From: Desulfobacterales bacterium
GTDB taxonomy: Bacteria > Desulfobacterota > Desulfobacteria > Desulfobacterales > YD0425bin51
Assembly (NCBI GenBank): GCA_015228685.1
Contig: JADGCY010000009.1
Span: 103,589-167,588 of the forward strand
Direction of reading: 5' to 3'
Length of the DNA stretch: 64,000 nucleotides
Positions 19,631 to 30,453 of the stretch are shown piece after piece (the stretch's first letter is position 1; every line of letters begins with the position of its first letter). The position numbers and the translations under genes are program-made. The notes under the pieces are model-generated. The model was given only the letters and a program-made list of their open reading frames with translations. It did not search any database and had not been told where the DNA came from.

Positions 19631-20890
19631 TTATATCATCTTAGTATTTATAAACATAGATTGATATTTTTCAGCGACTTCTTTTTGAACTTTACGCCTA
19701 TTTATATCAATAGCATCATAATTTTTTTCGAGGATATTTATACAATCACCATCTAGCGCTTTTTCATCTTTCATATTCTTTAAGATAGATAGCGTTGTCT
19801 CAGGAGGTAGTCCTCTGCGATATGGTCTATCTTCAGTAAGGGCTGTAAATACATCAGTGACAGCAATGATCCGGGAAGGAATGGAAATCTCATTTTCTTT
19901 AATCCGAAAAGGATAACCCAATCCGCTTGGTCTTTCATGATGGAATGCAGCCCAAAAAACTATTTCACCAAGTCCTTTTATTCCATTTAAGATATGATAT
20001 GTATGATAGGGATGGGATTTAATGATGTTGAATTCAAAATTTGATAACTTACCAGGTTTTTCTAAGATTTCCTTTGGAACGGAAAGTTTTCCTAAATCAT
20101 GGAGCCATCCTGCAATTTTTATTTTTATGCAGGTATCAGAATCGAATCCCATCAAAGATGCTAAAATCTCGGCACTTATCGCTACACCAGTTGAATGAAA
20201 GGTGGTAAAGCGGCTCCTAAAATCAATAATTTGATAAAACATCCCTGCAATTTCGAATATGCTTTTATCTTTTAAGGTCAATTCCTGATCGTAATAAAAA
20301 TTATATAAATGCTTTGTGATTTGGGGGGATATAAGATCAAACCAGAATGATTCCCTTTTTGATAAAGATAAAAAAGCTTTCACGAGTTCTGGAGCAAAAA
20401 TCTGCTCACAGTTTTTTTTGATTAACGTACAAAACATATCCTGCTGGCTAAGTATTTCCTCATGATCATCAATTAAACCTCCAACACGCTCAGCAATGTG
20501 AAGAATATGAGATGAAATCGGAACGTTCTGATCTTTAAAACAGACTCCTTGACCATTTTGCCAAGGCACATGATGATAGCGGATTATATTTGCTGCATCA
20601 ATTAGAGGCTCATATTCTCGAATCAATTGATATCCGATTTCAGAATGAATATGTGGATTGGTAAAATCATAGTAAAATTCATCCAGACTCTCATCCAAGG
20701 ATAACGCTCCTGAATCATGGAGCATTCCAGCAAGAATAAGATCGTTTATCATTTTGTTGTTAAATCCGATTTCCTTACCAATTTGCATTGCGATAAAAGC
20801 AACCCTGTGGTGATGATCCATAAGGATTGGAGAAACCAAATCAATAGCTAAAGATAACCCATTTACAATATCAAATAATTTGATATTCAT
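19631..20890 (-). CDS. HD-GYP domain protein (c-di-GMP phosphodiesterase family) with an additional N-terminal degenerate HD-like domain
   Basis: C-terminal HDLGKLSVPKEIL...HPYHTYHIL...HHERPSGLGYP motifs match HD-GYP. The N-terminal half has a second H...HD-like pattern (HHHRVAFIA...GMLHDSGAL). Confidence 0.85.
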   Translation of the reverse strand: MNIKLFDIVNGLSLAIDLVSPILMDHHHRVAFIAMQIGKEIGFNNKMINDLILAGMLHDSGALSLDESLDEFYYDFTNPHIHSEIGYQLIREYEPLIDAANIIRYHHVPWQNGQGVCFKDQNVPISSHILHIAERVGGLIDDHEEILSQQDMFCTLIKKNCEQIFAPELVKAFLSLSKRESFWFDLISPQITKHLYNFYYDQELTLKDKSIFEIAGMFYQIIDFRSRFTTFHSTGVAISAEILASLMGFDSDTCIKIKIAGWLHDLGKLSVPKEILEKPGKLSNFEFNIIKSHPYHTYHILNGIKGLGEIVFWAAFHHERPSGLGYPFRIKENEISIPSRIIAVTDVFTALTEDRPYRRGLPPETTLSILKNMKDEKALDGDCINILEKNYDAIDINRRKVQKEVAEKYQSMFINTKMI

Positions 20891-21039
20891 ACAATTTTAT
20901 CCTTGTTGGTATTTATTTTTTAGAATATATGTAATATATATAAAATATATTGGTATTGAACTCAACCATAAAAATCATCAATGCTTTAAAATTTAAAATT
21001 ATTTCCACACAATAAATGTGAGGGTATTTGGAGGGTATT

Positions 21040-21831
21040 ATGAAAGTTGAACTTTTAATTATAGATCCACAAAATGATTTTTGTAATTCAAAAGGAGCGT
21101 TATATGTACCTGGAGCTGATAAAGACATGAATAGGCTTGCAATAATGATTGAAAGATTAATAGATAAAATTGATGATATTCACGTAACATTAGATAGTCA
21201 TCATTATATTGATATTGCTCATCCTATTTATTGGATAGATTCAAATGGAAAACATCCAAAGGTCTTTACTATTATATCAGAAAGCGATGTAAAAGATGGT
21301 AAATGGAGGACATATAATCCAAGCTATCAGAAGAGAGCAGAGGAATATGTTACTAATTTGCGTGTAAGCAATCGTTATCAATTATGTATATGGCCCCCTC
21401 ATTGTTTAATTGGAAGCTGGGGATATCAGGTGGAGATAAGATTGTTTCAAGCTTTACTGCAGTGGGAAAAAACTTTTGCAATGGTTGATTATGTTACTAA
21501 AGGCTCTAATCCCTATACAGAACATTATTCAGCAGTTCAAGCTGATGTTCCTGATCCCTGCGATCCTAGCACAATGCTTAATACCAGATTAATTGAGACA
21601 CTGGAAAATGCAGATATTGTGGTTTTGTGTGGTGAAGCATCAAGCCACTGTGTTGCTAACACTGTTATGGATATTGCTAATAAATTTGGGGAAGAAAATA
21701 TTAAAAAAATGGTATTGCTTGAAGATGCAACTAGTCCAGTTCCAGGATTTGAGAATCTATCTTCAGATTTTATTCAAAAGATGAAGGGAAGGGGTATGAA
21801 GATTTCAAACACTAGAGATTTTCTAAAATAA
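21040..21831 (+). CDS. Nicotinamidase/pyrazinamidase-like cysteine hydrolase (isochorismatase superfamily), divergent and extended
   Basis: PncA catalytic triad context: IIDPQNDFC (catalytic Asp), WPPHCL, and VLCGEASSHCVANT (nucleophile Cys). It is about 80 aa longer than canonical PncA. GGAGGG RBS lies 5 nt before ATG 21040. Confidence 0.8.
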   Translation: MKVELLIIDPQNDFCNSKGALYVPGADKDMNRLAIMIERLIDKIDDIHVTLDSHHYIDIAHPIYWIDSNGKHPKVFTIISESDVKDGKWRTYNPSYQKRAEEYVTNLRVSNRYQLCIWPPHCLIGSWGYQVEIRLFQALLQWEKTFAMVDYVTKGSNPYTEHYSAVQADVPDPCDPSTMLNTRLIETLENADIVVLCGEASSHCVANTVMDIANKFGEENIKKMVLLEDATSPVPGFENLSSDFIQKMKGRGMKISNTRDFLK

Positions 21832-21841
21832 GGAGAAAAAT

Positions 21842-22603
21842 ATGCCAAAACTAATGAATACAGATAATATGCAAAATATAAATATTTCAGGTCCTGGTAG
21901 TTTTCAGTTTTCATCGGTTAGAATTGAAAACCTTGAAGCAACTGAATATACGATAGTTACCATAGTTGTTGATGAGACAGGGAGTGTAACTAATTTTGCT
22001 GGAGAACTTCTAAAATGTGTTAAATCTATTATTGAATCCTGTAAAAAGAGTCCAAGATCTGAGAATTTACTCATTAGATTAGTTGCATTCAATGATAAAA
22101 TAAGAGAAATTCATGGATTTAAACTATTAAAAGACATAAATATAAATGATTATAAACCATTTAAACCTCAGGGAGTGACAGGTCTTTATGATGCAGCTTA
22201 TTCAAGCATTTGTGCAACACTGGAACAAGCCAAAAGATTAATTGATCAGGATTTTGATGCAAATGGAGCTGTATATATTATTACAGACGGTTTAGACAAC
22301 TGTTCAAAGATGAAGCCTCAAGATATTGCAAAGCGTTTGGATGAGGCGCTTCATAATGAAAAAGAAATTGAATCTATCATAAGCATATTAATTGGACTGC
22401 ATGATATTGGAATTAGTTCAAGTAATGACGTGCAAAGGGGATTATCCTATTTTCAAGCAGAAGCAAATATATCCCAATTTATTGATGTGGGTGATGCAAC
22501 ACCTGCTAAACTAGCAAAGCTTGCTGGATTTGTAAGTAAGAGCATATCGAGCCAATCTCAGGCTTTAGGTACAGGTGGACCTAGCCAACCTTTGACATTT
22601 TAA
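21842..22603 (+). CDS. von Willebrand factor A domain protein, TerY-like
   Basis: MIDAS motif DxTGS (VVDETGSV) and a later ITDGLDN. Size ~250 aa as for TerY. It lies 10 nt after the upstream gene. Confidence 0.8.
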   Translation: MPKLMNTDNMQNINISGPGSFQFSSVRIENLEATEYTIVTIVVDETGSVTNFAGELLKCVKSIIESCKKSPRSENLLIRLVAFNDKIREIHGFKLLKDININDYKPFKPQGVTGLYDAAYSSICATLEQAKRLIDQDFDANGAVYIITDGLDNCSKMKPQDIAKRLDEALHNEKEIESIISILIGLHDIGISSSNDVQRGLSYFQAEANISQFIDVGDATPAKLAKLAGFVSKSISSQSQALGTGGPSQPLTF

Positions 22604-22609
22604 AAACAT

Positions 22610-23383
22610 ATGAGTAAGTATATAGTAAACTCTGATAGCTACTTTTGCATGGGCAGCACTCATAAAATCTGCGAGGATTATGCCATTTCAGGTTTAACTC
22701 CTCGCTCCTACGTTATTTTATCAGATGGATGCTCAAGTGCAAAGCATACAGATGTAGGATCTCGAATATTATGCCATCTTACTGAAAAGATTTTGGTAAA
22801 AGAAAATATTTTTAATCCTGATGTTTTTATTAAAAATATTCTTAAATCAATGGAATCGGCTCTTAATCTTCTGGGTATGCAAACAAATAATTTTTATGGG
22901 ACATTAGTTCTTGCTTATGAAGAAAATGATATGGTTAAAGTTGTTATTTTTGGAGATGGATCTGTCATAACAGTAGATAGAGAAGGGCATGTTATGTTAC
23001 ATAATGTTTTATTTAACACAAATGCTCCAGATTATTTAGCATATCATTTAGATGAAAAATTCAAAAAAGCATACCAAATGACTAATACAATAAAATCAAT
23101 TAACCAATATGAATATGAATTGTTTAAACCAATAGTTATGAAATTTCCAATGTCTAATTTTGAGACTATAGCTATAGCTTCTGATGGACTCAATTCTTTT
23201 ATCCCAAAGGGTAAATTATCTGATGTTGAAATTGCAAGAAAGTTTGTTTCATTTAAGAATTTTAATGGAGAATATGTCAAAAGACGTGCTGCCAAAGCTA
23301 TAAAAGAAATTGAAAAAGAAGGCTTAGTTCATTTTGATGACCTTTCAATTGGCTCAATTCATATTAAGCAATCAGGAGATTAA
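22610..23383 (+). CDS. PP2C-family Ser/Thr protein phosphatase
   Basis: Metal-binding Asp motifs ILSDGCS, FGDGS and IASDGL are typical of bacterial PP2C (PP2C_2). It lies 6 nt after the vWA gene. Confidence 0.8.
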   Translation: MSKYIVNSDSYFCMGSTHKICEDYAISGLTPRSYVILSDGCSSAKHTDVGSRILCHLTEKILVKENIFNPDVFIKNILKSMESALNLLGMQTNNFYGTLVLAYEENDMVKVVIFGDGSVITVDREGHVMLHNVLFNTNAPDYLAYHLDEKFKKAYQMTNTIKSINQYEYELFKPIVMKFPMSNFETIAIASDGLNSFIPKGKLSDVEIARKFVSFKNFNGEYVKRRAAKAIKEIEKEGLVHFDDLSIGSIHIKQSGD

Positions 23384-23385
23384 AT

Positions 23386-25104
23386 ATGGAAGTCTTTATT
23401 AAGGGAAAGGGAAATATAATAAAACTACTTGATAGCGACTATATTGGAGAAGGAGGAGAGGCTAAGGTTTATGGGAAAGATGGTATTGCTTATAAAATCT
23501 ATCATGACATACAAAAACTAATACCAGAAGCAAAAATTAAAGAGCTTTCTCTACTTGATAATTCTTGTATTATAAGACCAGAAAATGTACTTATAAATAA
23601 AAATAAATCTTATATCGGTTTTACAATGAGATTACTTCCTGAAAATTTTGTATATCTACCTAAAATATTTATTAATGATTTTAGAAAGAGAATTGGATTT
23701 ACGGATCAAGATGCATTATCTCTAGTTGAAGCCATGAAAGAACTGCTCATTTTTATACATGAAAAAAATTGTTTAGTTATTGATGGAAATGAGTTTAACT
23801 ATCTTCTCAATGATAAAAAACTTACAGAACCTTATATTATTGATGTAAATTCTTTTCAAACTCCTTCTTTTCCTGCAACAGCAATAATGCCCTCAATACG
23901 TGACTGGAGAAATATTGGATTTTCTGAGCTGACAGATTGGTTTAGTTTTGGAATAATCGCATGTCAAATATTTATTGGAATACATCCGTATAAGGGTAAG
24001 CATCCAGATTATAAGAATGATCAGGATATTCTCAAAAAACGTATGATGGACTCGATTTCGATATTTAATCCGAAAGTCAGCTTACCTAAAGTAGTAAGAG
24101 ATTTTAATTGCATACCAGATAATTATAGAGATTGGTTTATACAGATATTCGAGCATGGGGATCGAACACCTCCGCCAACAAAAGCAGGTCTCCCAACTGG
24201 TCCATCTGCAGTTATAATATCTCTTAAAATAGGGACTAATTACTTTGATATAAAAGAATTAATGAAATATGATGATGAAATTTTATACCATAAATCTGAA
24301 ATGGGAAAAACAGTTACAAAGACTAAAAAGAAGATTTTTATTAATAATCATGAAGCTTCACTAGAAGATGTTCTTAACACCGAGGTTTTATTTACATCGC
24401 AAAGTCTTTACCCTGTTTTTGTTAATATTAAAGAAAACAGCGCACAAATCTGGAGTCCAAATAAAGAGATAAAATATTCAAAAATCGAATGTTCTGAAAA
24501 AATGATTTGTAATAATACCCTGTATTTGAGAAATCAAGGAATGCTTCTTGAGATAATAATTAAGGAGATTGGATTATCCCTTATTGCATCAGTGAAGGAG
24601 GTTTGGAATATTATGCCTAAATCGAGTAAAATGTTTGCCGGATTGATTTATAGTGATGTACTAGGTGAACCATTTTTAGGTATTCCAATTCCAAGTGTAG
24701 ATGGAAAAAGCGGATTTGCAAACATTAAAATTCCTGAAATAAAATCATTTAAAGTGGTTGAAGGAAAAAATGACAATAGAATTTGCGTACTGATTTTATA
24801 TAAAGATGACTTGTATTATAGAGCTATAATCAAGTTTAATAAAGATTATTCAGAATATAAAATAAGAATAAGTCATGATATTGGTTATTCATCTGTTAAT
24901 TTCGTGACTTTAGATAATGGAATATCTGTTCTTATCAATGAAAGAAATCAGGTTGAAATATTTTCAAACGACTTCCAAAATGATAAATCAAATGTTGTTC
25001 AGGATCCAGATATTGATGAATCCATGAAGCTATGTAAAGAAGGAGTAAAAACTTTGTTTTACAGAGCTGACAGCCTATATAGTATTAATATTAAGAGAAG
25101 TTAA
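23386..25104 (+). CDS. Ser/Thr protein kinase-like protein with a ~300-aa uncharacterised C-terminal domain
   Basis: Gly-rich loop [11 protein letters not shown], Lys in AYKIY, catalytic-loop-like D(x4)N (IDGNEFN) and a DFG-like IIDVNSF. It lies 2 nt after the PP2C gene. Confidence 0.7.
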   Translation: MEVFIKGKGNIIKLLDSDYIGEGGEAKVYGKDGIAYKIYHDIQKLIPEAKIKELSLLDNSCIIRPENVLINKNKSYIGFTMRLLPENFVYLPKIFINDFRKRIGFTDQDALSLVEAMKELLIFIHEKNCLVIDGNEFNYLLNDKKLTEPYIIDVNSFQTPSFPATAIMPSIRDWRNIGFSELTDWFSFGIIACQIFIGIHPYKGKHPDYKNDQDILKKRMMDSISIFNPKVSLPKVVRDFNCIPDNYRDWFIQIFEHGDRTPPPTKAGLPTGPSAVIISLKIGTNYFDIKELMKYDDEILYHKSEMGKTVTKTKKKIFINNHEASLEDVLNTEVLFTSQSLYPVFVNIKENSAQIWSPNKEIKYSKIECSEKMICNNTLYLRNQGMLLEIIIKEIGLSLIASVKEVWNIMPKSSKMFAGLIYSDVLGEPFLGIPIPSVDGKSGFANIKIPEIKSFKVVEGKNDNRICVLILYKDDLYYRAIIKFNKDYSEYKIRISHDIGYSSVNFVTLDNGISVLINERNQVEIFSNDFQNDKSNVVQDPDIDESMKLCKEGVKTLFYRADSLYSINIKRS

Positions 25105-25114
25105 GTTTTACAGG

Positions 25115-27949
25115 ATGATAAAATTCCTAACAGAAATAAAACCCTGTATCCGTTCTCAGGATTATAGAGTTTATATTCTTTTAAGTTTAGGTACTAGCCT
25201 AGCCATAGTTCTTCACTCATTTTATTCTATTCTGTTTTGGTCGTTTGGTATACATGAAATGGTGATAGTCAATATAATCAGTTTACCTACTTATATGGTT
25301 GCTTTTTGGTCTAACAGGAAAGGAATGTATCTATCTGCAGTTATCTTAGCAGAAATAGAGCTATGTGCTCATCAAGCATTTTGTGTTTACTATATTGGCT
25401 TGAATGCAGGTTTTCAGTACTACATAATCGTAATTACATCTCTTGTTTTTTTATTGCCTAATGGTAGAACCATTTTAAAGATTTTATTATTAGCAGCAGC
25501 AAATGCTATCTACATTTTTTTAATCTCATACTTTAAAGAATATCAACCAATTTATTCTATAAATCAATTTATACTAAATATTCTTAACTATATTAACATT
25601 ACCTGCGTTTTTGGGCTGCTGGGTTTTTTTGCTTTCAATTACAGACAATCTGCTGAAACCTCAGAACTTAGCCTCATTAAACATCGCCAATTAGCAGAGG
25701 AAGCTACGCAAGCAAAAAGTGAATTTTTAGCTAATATGAGCCATGAGATAAGAACTCCAATGAATGCCATAATCGGTTTTAGTGAACTATCACTTACTAC
25801 TGATTCAGTTTTAAAACAGCGAGATTACTCAAAAAAGGTACTTATGTCAGCACGTTCACTTTTAGGAATAATAGATGACATATTAGATTTTTCTAAAATT
25901 GAAGCTGGCAAGATGAAATTAGAAACTATAGAATTTTCTTTGAATGAAGTTTTAGGGGCTATAGCTGATATGTTTTGCGTAAAAGTTGCTCAAAAGCAAA
26001 TTGAGTTGATTATTGAGGTAGAGTCCAATTTACCTACAGCTCTTTTAGGTGATCCATTAAGGTTAAGGCAGGTTCTTATTAATTTGGTCAACAATGCAGT
26101 CAAATTTACGGAAAAAGGGGAAATAGTAATAAAAGTTGATATTATGGAAAAAGTTTTTGATAAAGCCAAATTCAATTTCTCAATAAGTGATACAGGAATT
26201 GGATTAACACAAGAACATATAAAAACGCTATTTTCTGCATTTACTCAAGCAGAGACATCGACTAGTAGAAAACATGGTGGAACAGGTTTGGGCCTTGCTA
26301 TTAGTAAGCATTTAGTTGAGATGATGGGGGGTAAAATTGGCGTGGAAAGCCCAGCAGATTCTACTGGTAAGGGGAGTACTTTTTATTTCACTGCAGATTT
26401 TGGTGTGCAAAGTGATGACAAACAATTTAAGTTTGATATACCTAAAGCTCTTTCAGGTAAAAAAGCTTTAGTGGTAGATGATAATGAAAAGCTGGTCAAA
26501 AGTGTCGTAGAATTATTAAAATCTTTTTCATTTAGTGCTGAATCTGCAGCTTCTTTAGATGAGGCAGTTAAAAGGATGGAGGAAGCTAATAATAGTAACA
26601 TGCCTTTTGAACTCTTAGTTATAGACTCGATGATACAGGAAATTGGCTTTACTTATTTTGTACAAAACATAAAAAAGAACCCTTTATTTAGTGATTTAAG
26701 AATTATTCTCATGACTCCTTTTTGTCGAAGGTCAGAAGACAAAAAAGAAATTGATAGTGCTGGGGTTAAAACTTTTTTAATTAAGCCTATAATTCCTTCT
26801 ATTTTGTATAATTCCATTTTAGATATTTTTGGGTATTCATCTTCTAAAGAAGAAAGACTTGAAGATTCTTTAACAGTACAACATAAACTCATTGATAAAA
26901 TTAGAGGTGCAAAAATTTTATTAGTAGAGGACAATTCCATAAATCAGCAGGTAGCTTTAGAAATGCTTCAATATGCTGGAATAAATGTAGATATAGTAGA
27001 TAATGGTAAAGCTGCAATTCAAATACTTAAGGAAAAATCTTTTTATGATGCAATTCTTATGGATGTGCAGATGCCAGAAATGGATGGATATACAACTACT
27101 CAGGCAATACGTAGCGATCAAAGCTTTAATACTTTGCCAATTATTGCCATGACAGCACATGCTTTACAGGGAGAAAGAGAAAAATGCTTCAAAGCTGGTA
27201 TGAACGATTATTTGACTAAACCTATAGAAATAGATAAATTGTACTCCACCTTGTCTAATTGGGTAAATCCAGTAAAAAAAGAAATAGATAGTTTTATTCC
27301 ACGAGTAATTACAGTTAATGAAGATATGGAGGAAGAAATACCAAACAATCTTCCTGGAATTGAAGTAAAAGAGGCTTTAAGACGATTACTTGGCAACAAA
27401 CTATTGTTTAAGAAACTTTTAATAGAATTTTGTAGAGATTACAATGATATAAAAAATCAAATTGCGCAAATGCTTGAAAATGGAGATATTGAGTCTGCTA
27501 TAAATTTAGCTCATAAAGTCAAAGGAATAGCAGGGAACCTTTCAGCTAAAGATTTACAAAAAGCTGCACATGAAATAGAAACAGCTATTAGGAGTTTGAA
27601 TTCAAGAGATATGATTGATTTTACATATCTCTTGAATAAATTTGAGATAGCTTTGAATTCAGTTTTGGAATCAGCAAGAATTCTGAATAGCGAAGATAAA
27701 TGCAAACAATCCTCTAAAAAATTCTTAAAACCTGATGAAGTCATGCCCATGCTTATAAAACTGGATGAACTTCTCAAATTAAATGATATAGATGCTGAAT
27801 CATATTTTAATAGTATTAAAGAACATATTTGTGAAAAAAAAATATCTGAGGAAGTAAAGATTCTTGAAGAATCTATAAACAATCTAAACTTTACTATTGC
27901 TCAGCAATATATAAAAAAAATAATGGAAACAATAAAAAATTTTCCTTAG
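25115..27949 (+). CDS. Hybrid sensor histidine kinase (multi-TM sensor, HisKA, HATPase, two receiver-like domains, C-terminal HPt)
   Basis: Five to six N-terminal hydrophobic helices. H-box [14 protein letters not shown] and HATPase GGTGLGLAI. It has a degenerate receiver plus a canonical receiver ([10 protein letters not shown]...DVQMPEMDG). HPt motif [12 protein letters not shown]. Confidence 0.85.
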   Translation: MIKFLTEIKPCIRSQDYRVYILLSLGTSLAIVLHSFYSILFWSFGIHEMVIVNIISLPTYMVAFWSNRKGMYLSAVILAEIELCAHQAFCVYYIGLNAGFQYYIIVITSLVFLLPNGRTILKILLLAAANAIYIFLISYFKEYQPIYSINQFILNILNYINITCVFGLLGFFAFNYRQSAETSELSLIKHRQLAEEATQAKSEFLANMSHEIRTPMNAIIGFSELSLTTDSVLKQRDYSKKVLMSARSLLGIIDDILDFSKIEAGKMKLETIEFSLNEVLGAIADMFCVKVAQKQIELIIEVESNLPTALLGDPLRLRQVLINLVNNAVKFTEKGEIVIKVDIMEKVFDKAKFNFSISDTGIGLTQEHIKTLFSAFTQAETSTSRKHGGTGLGLAISKHLVEMMGGKIGVESPADSTGKGSTFYFTADFGVQSDDKQFKFDIPKALSGKKALVVDDNEKLVKSVVELLKSFSFSAESAASLDEAVKRMEEANNSNMPFELLVIDSMIQEIGFTYFVQNIKKNPLFSDLRIILMTPFCRRSEDKKEIDSAGVKTFLIKPIIPSILYNSILDIFGYSSSKEERLEDSLTVQHKLIDKIRGAKILLVEDNSINQQVALEMLQYAGINVDIVDNGKAAIQILKEKSFYDAILMDVQMPEMDGYTTTQAIRSDQSFNTLPIIAMTAHALQGEREKCFKAGMNDYLTKPIEIDKLYSTLSNWVNPVKKEIDSFIPRVITVNEDMEEEIPNNLPGIEVKEALRRLLGNKLLFKKLLIEFCRDYNDIKNQIAQMLENGDIESAINLAHKVKGIAGNLSAKDLQKAAHEIETAIRSLNSRDMIDFTYLLNKFEIALNSVLESARILNSEDKCKQSSKKFLKPDEVMPMLIKLDELLKLNDIDAESYFNSIKEHICEKKISEEVKILEESINNLNFTIAQQYIKKIMETIKNFP

Positions 27950-27954
27950 ATAAG

Positions 27955-30414
27955 TTAAACATTCCAAATATTTTTTGCATACTCTAAAATTGCCCGGTCA
28001 CTTGAAAATTTACCCATATTGGCAGTGTTTAAGATTGACCTGCGAGTCCATTCGGCTTTATTTTCATAAACCCTATCTACCTCTTCCTGCATCTCTACAT
28101 AATGACGGAAATCCGCAAGAAGACAATATTTATCCCCTTCATCTAATAAGACTCTGCGAATTGGCTCAAAAAGTTGTGGATTTTCTGTTGAAAAATACCC
28201 AAAGCTTATCATGTCAATTATTTTCTTCAACTCTGGATCTTTTTGATAATATTCCCATGGAGAATATCCATTTTTCTTTAATCCTTCAATTTCATCAGCA
28301 GTAAGTCCAAAAATAAAAATGTTTTCTTTTCCAACTTCTTCCATAATTTCAATATTGGCTCCGTCTAATGTACCAATAGTTAAAGCACCGTTTAAAGCAA
28401 ACTTCATATTTCCAGTGCCAGAAGCCTCCATTCCCGCAGTTGAAATCTGTTCTGAAAGATCTGCAGCAGGAATTATTTTTTCTGCTTTAGAAACACAATA
28501 ATTAGGCATAAATATTACTTTTAACCTTTTATTAACTGTTGGATCGTTATTTATTACATCAGCAACAGAGTTAATTAATTTAATTATTAATTTAGCTAAA
28601 AAATAACCAGGTGCTGCTTTACCAGCAAATATTATAGTTCTCGGAATAAAATGTTTGGAAGGATTTTCCCGCATCTTATTATATCGGTAAATAACATGTA
28701 AAATATTCAATAATTGACGTTTATATTCATGGATACGTTTCACCTGAATATCGAACATTGTATCAGGATCAACTTTCCATCCATGTTTTCTAAAAATATA
28801 CTGTACAAGGAGTTCTTTTTTCTTCTTTTTAATAGACTCCCATTCTGAGCAAAAAGAAGGTTCTTCCACATATGGAATTAATTTTTTAAGTTCAGAAAGA
28901 TTACATATCCAATCATGTCCAATAGTTTTTGTTATTAATTCAGATAACTCTGGATTTGCCTGAAGCAACCATCTACGAGGTGTAATTCCATTAGTTATGT
29001 TTTTAAATTTGCCAGGAAAGAATTCATGAAAATATTTAAAAAGCTTAGTTTTTAAAATATGGGTGTGGAGTTCTGCTACTCCATTTACAGAATGGCTCCC
29101 TACAATAGCCAAATTAGCCATTCGTACTTTTGGTTCTTTTGTCAGTTCAATAATCGACATACAAGATAAGATCTCTGGATCACAAGGAAAGCTCTCTTTT
29201 ACAGATTTTAAAAATCTGTTATTAATTTCATAAATGATTTCTACATGTCTTGGCAAAAGCCTTCTTAATAAATCTACTGGCCAAGTCTCCAAAGCTTCAG
29301 GCATAACAGTATGATTAGTATATGCAAAAGTTCTAACACATATATTCCATGCATGCTCCCATCCTAATCCTTCTTCATCCAAAAGGATACGCATTAGTTC
29401 AGGAATGCTTATTGCTGGATGTGTATCATTAAGCTGTACTGCTACATAATCAGGAAGAATATTAAAATCAGTAGATTTTTTTTTGAATCTACGTAAAATG
29501 TCTTGAAAGGTTGCTGCCACAAAAAAATATTGTTGTTTAAGCCTTAGTTCCTTACCTTGTTCGCGTTCATCGCTTGGATAAAGAACTTTGGAAATATTTT
29601 CACTTATGGTTTTAGATTCCATGGCTCTAATATAGTCACCTTGATTAAATATCTGCAGATTAAAATCCTGACAAGAGAGTGACGCCCATAAACGCATATT
29701 ATTAACAGTATCGTTTCCATAACCAGGTATTAGGATATCACATGCTAAAGCCATTATATCATCTGTATCCACCCACCTGTAGCAAAGTTTGCCATTATTA
29801 TCTGTATATCCTTCAGATCTTCCATAAAATTTTACTTTATACAGATAACCTCTGCGAAGGAATTCCCAAGGATTTCCATATCTGACCCAATTGTCACATT
29901 GTTCTATTTGGTACCCATTGATAATATTTTGAAAAAATATACCATAATCATATCTAATACCGTAACCATAGCCTGGAATATCTAAACTTGCCATTGAGTC
30001 CATATAACATGAAGCAAGCCTACCAAGTCCACCATTGCCTAAACCTGCATCCCATTCTTCCTCTTCCAATTCTTCCATAGTGAAATTAACGTCAGAAATT
30101 GCTTTTTTAACTTCCTCTTTTATCTTCATGTTGGTAATGTAATTCATCAAAAAGCGGCCCGGTAGAAATTCTAAAGAAAGATAATATACCCTTTTTCTTT
30201 TACTATTATAATGAGCACGCTGCCCTTTTACCCATCTTGCAATAAGTCTGTCTCGTACAGCATGTGCCAGTCCTGAATAATAAGTATCTTTTCGAGCTGG
30301 GTAAAAGTCATTACCCATAGTGCATAAAATATGCTGATGGATATCTTCTTTAAGCGTATCAGAAGCTACATTTTCATCTTTCCAGATATTCGGATATTGA
30401 TTTGTACCAACCAT
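27955..30414 (-). CDS. glgP: Glycogen/alpha-glucan phosphorylase
   Basis: 819 aa with the PLP-site motif EASGTGNMKFALNGALTIGTLDGANIEI. It has GT35 family architecture. Confidence 0.9.
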   Translation of the reverse strand: MVGTNQYPNIWKDENVASDTLKEDIHQHILCTMGNDFYPARKDTYYSGLAHAVRDRLIARWVKGQRAHYNSKRKRVYYLSLEFLPGRFLMNYITNMKIKEEVKKAISDVNFTMEELEEEEWDAGLGNGGLGRLASCYMDSMASLDIPGYGYGIRYDYGIFFQNIINGYQIEQCDNWVRYGNPWEFLRRGYLYKVKFYGRSEGYTDNNGKLCYRWVDTDDIMALACDILIPGYGNDTVNNMRLWASLSCQDFNLQIFNQGDYIRAMESKTISENISKVLYPSDEREQGKELRLKQQYFFVAATFQDILRRFKKKSTDFNILPDYVAVQLNDTHPAISIPELMRILLDEEGLGWEHAWNICVRTFAYTNHTVMPEALETWPVDLLRRLLPRHVEIIYEINNRFLKSVKESFPCDPEILSCMSIIELTKEPKVRMANLAIVGSHSVNGVAELHTHILKTKLFKYFHEFFPGKFKNITNGITPRRWLLQANPELSELITKTIGHDWICNLSELKKLIPYVEEPSFCSEWESIKKKKKELLVQYIFRKHGWKVDPDTMFDIQVKRIHEYKRQLLNILHVIYRYNKMRENPSKHFIPRTIIFAGKAAPGYFLAKLIIKLINSVADVINNDPTVNKRLKVIFMPNYCVSKAEKIIPAADLSEQISTAGMEASGTGNMKFALNGALTIGTLDGANIEIMEEVGKENIFIFGLTADEIEGLKKNGYSPWEYYQKDPELKKIIDMISFGYFSTENPQLFEPIRRVLLDEGDKYCLLADFRHYVEMQEEVDRVYENKAEWTRRSILNTANMGKFSSDRAILEYAKNIWNV

Positions 30415-30453
30415 AAGATCTCCTAAATTAAAATTAGATTAGGTATTAATATT

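Noticed and set aside
25990-27882. Series of minus-strand ORFs (25990-26175, 26383-26601, 26653-26940, 26957-27160, 27208-27399, 27511-27882)
   Set aside because: All are embedded antisense in the 944-aa hybrid kinase, whose HisKA/HATPase/REC/HPt motifs are continuous.
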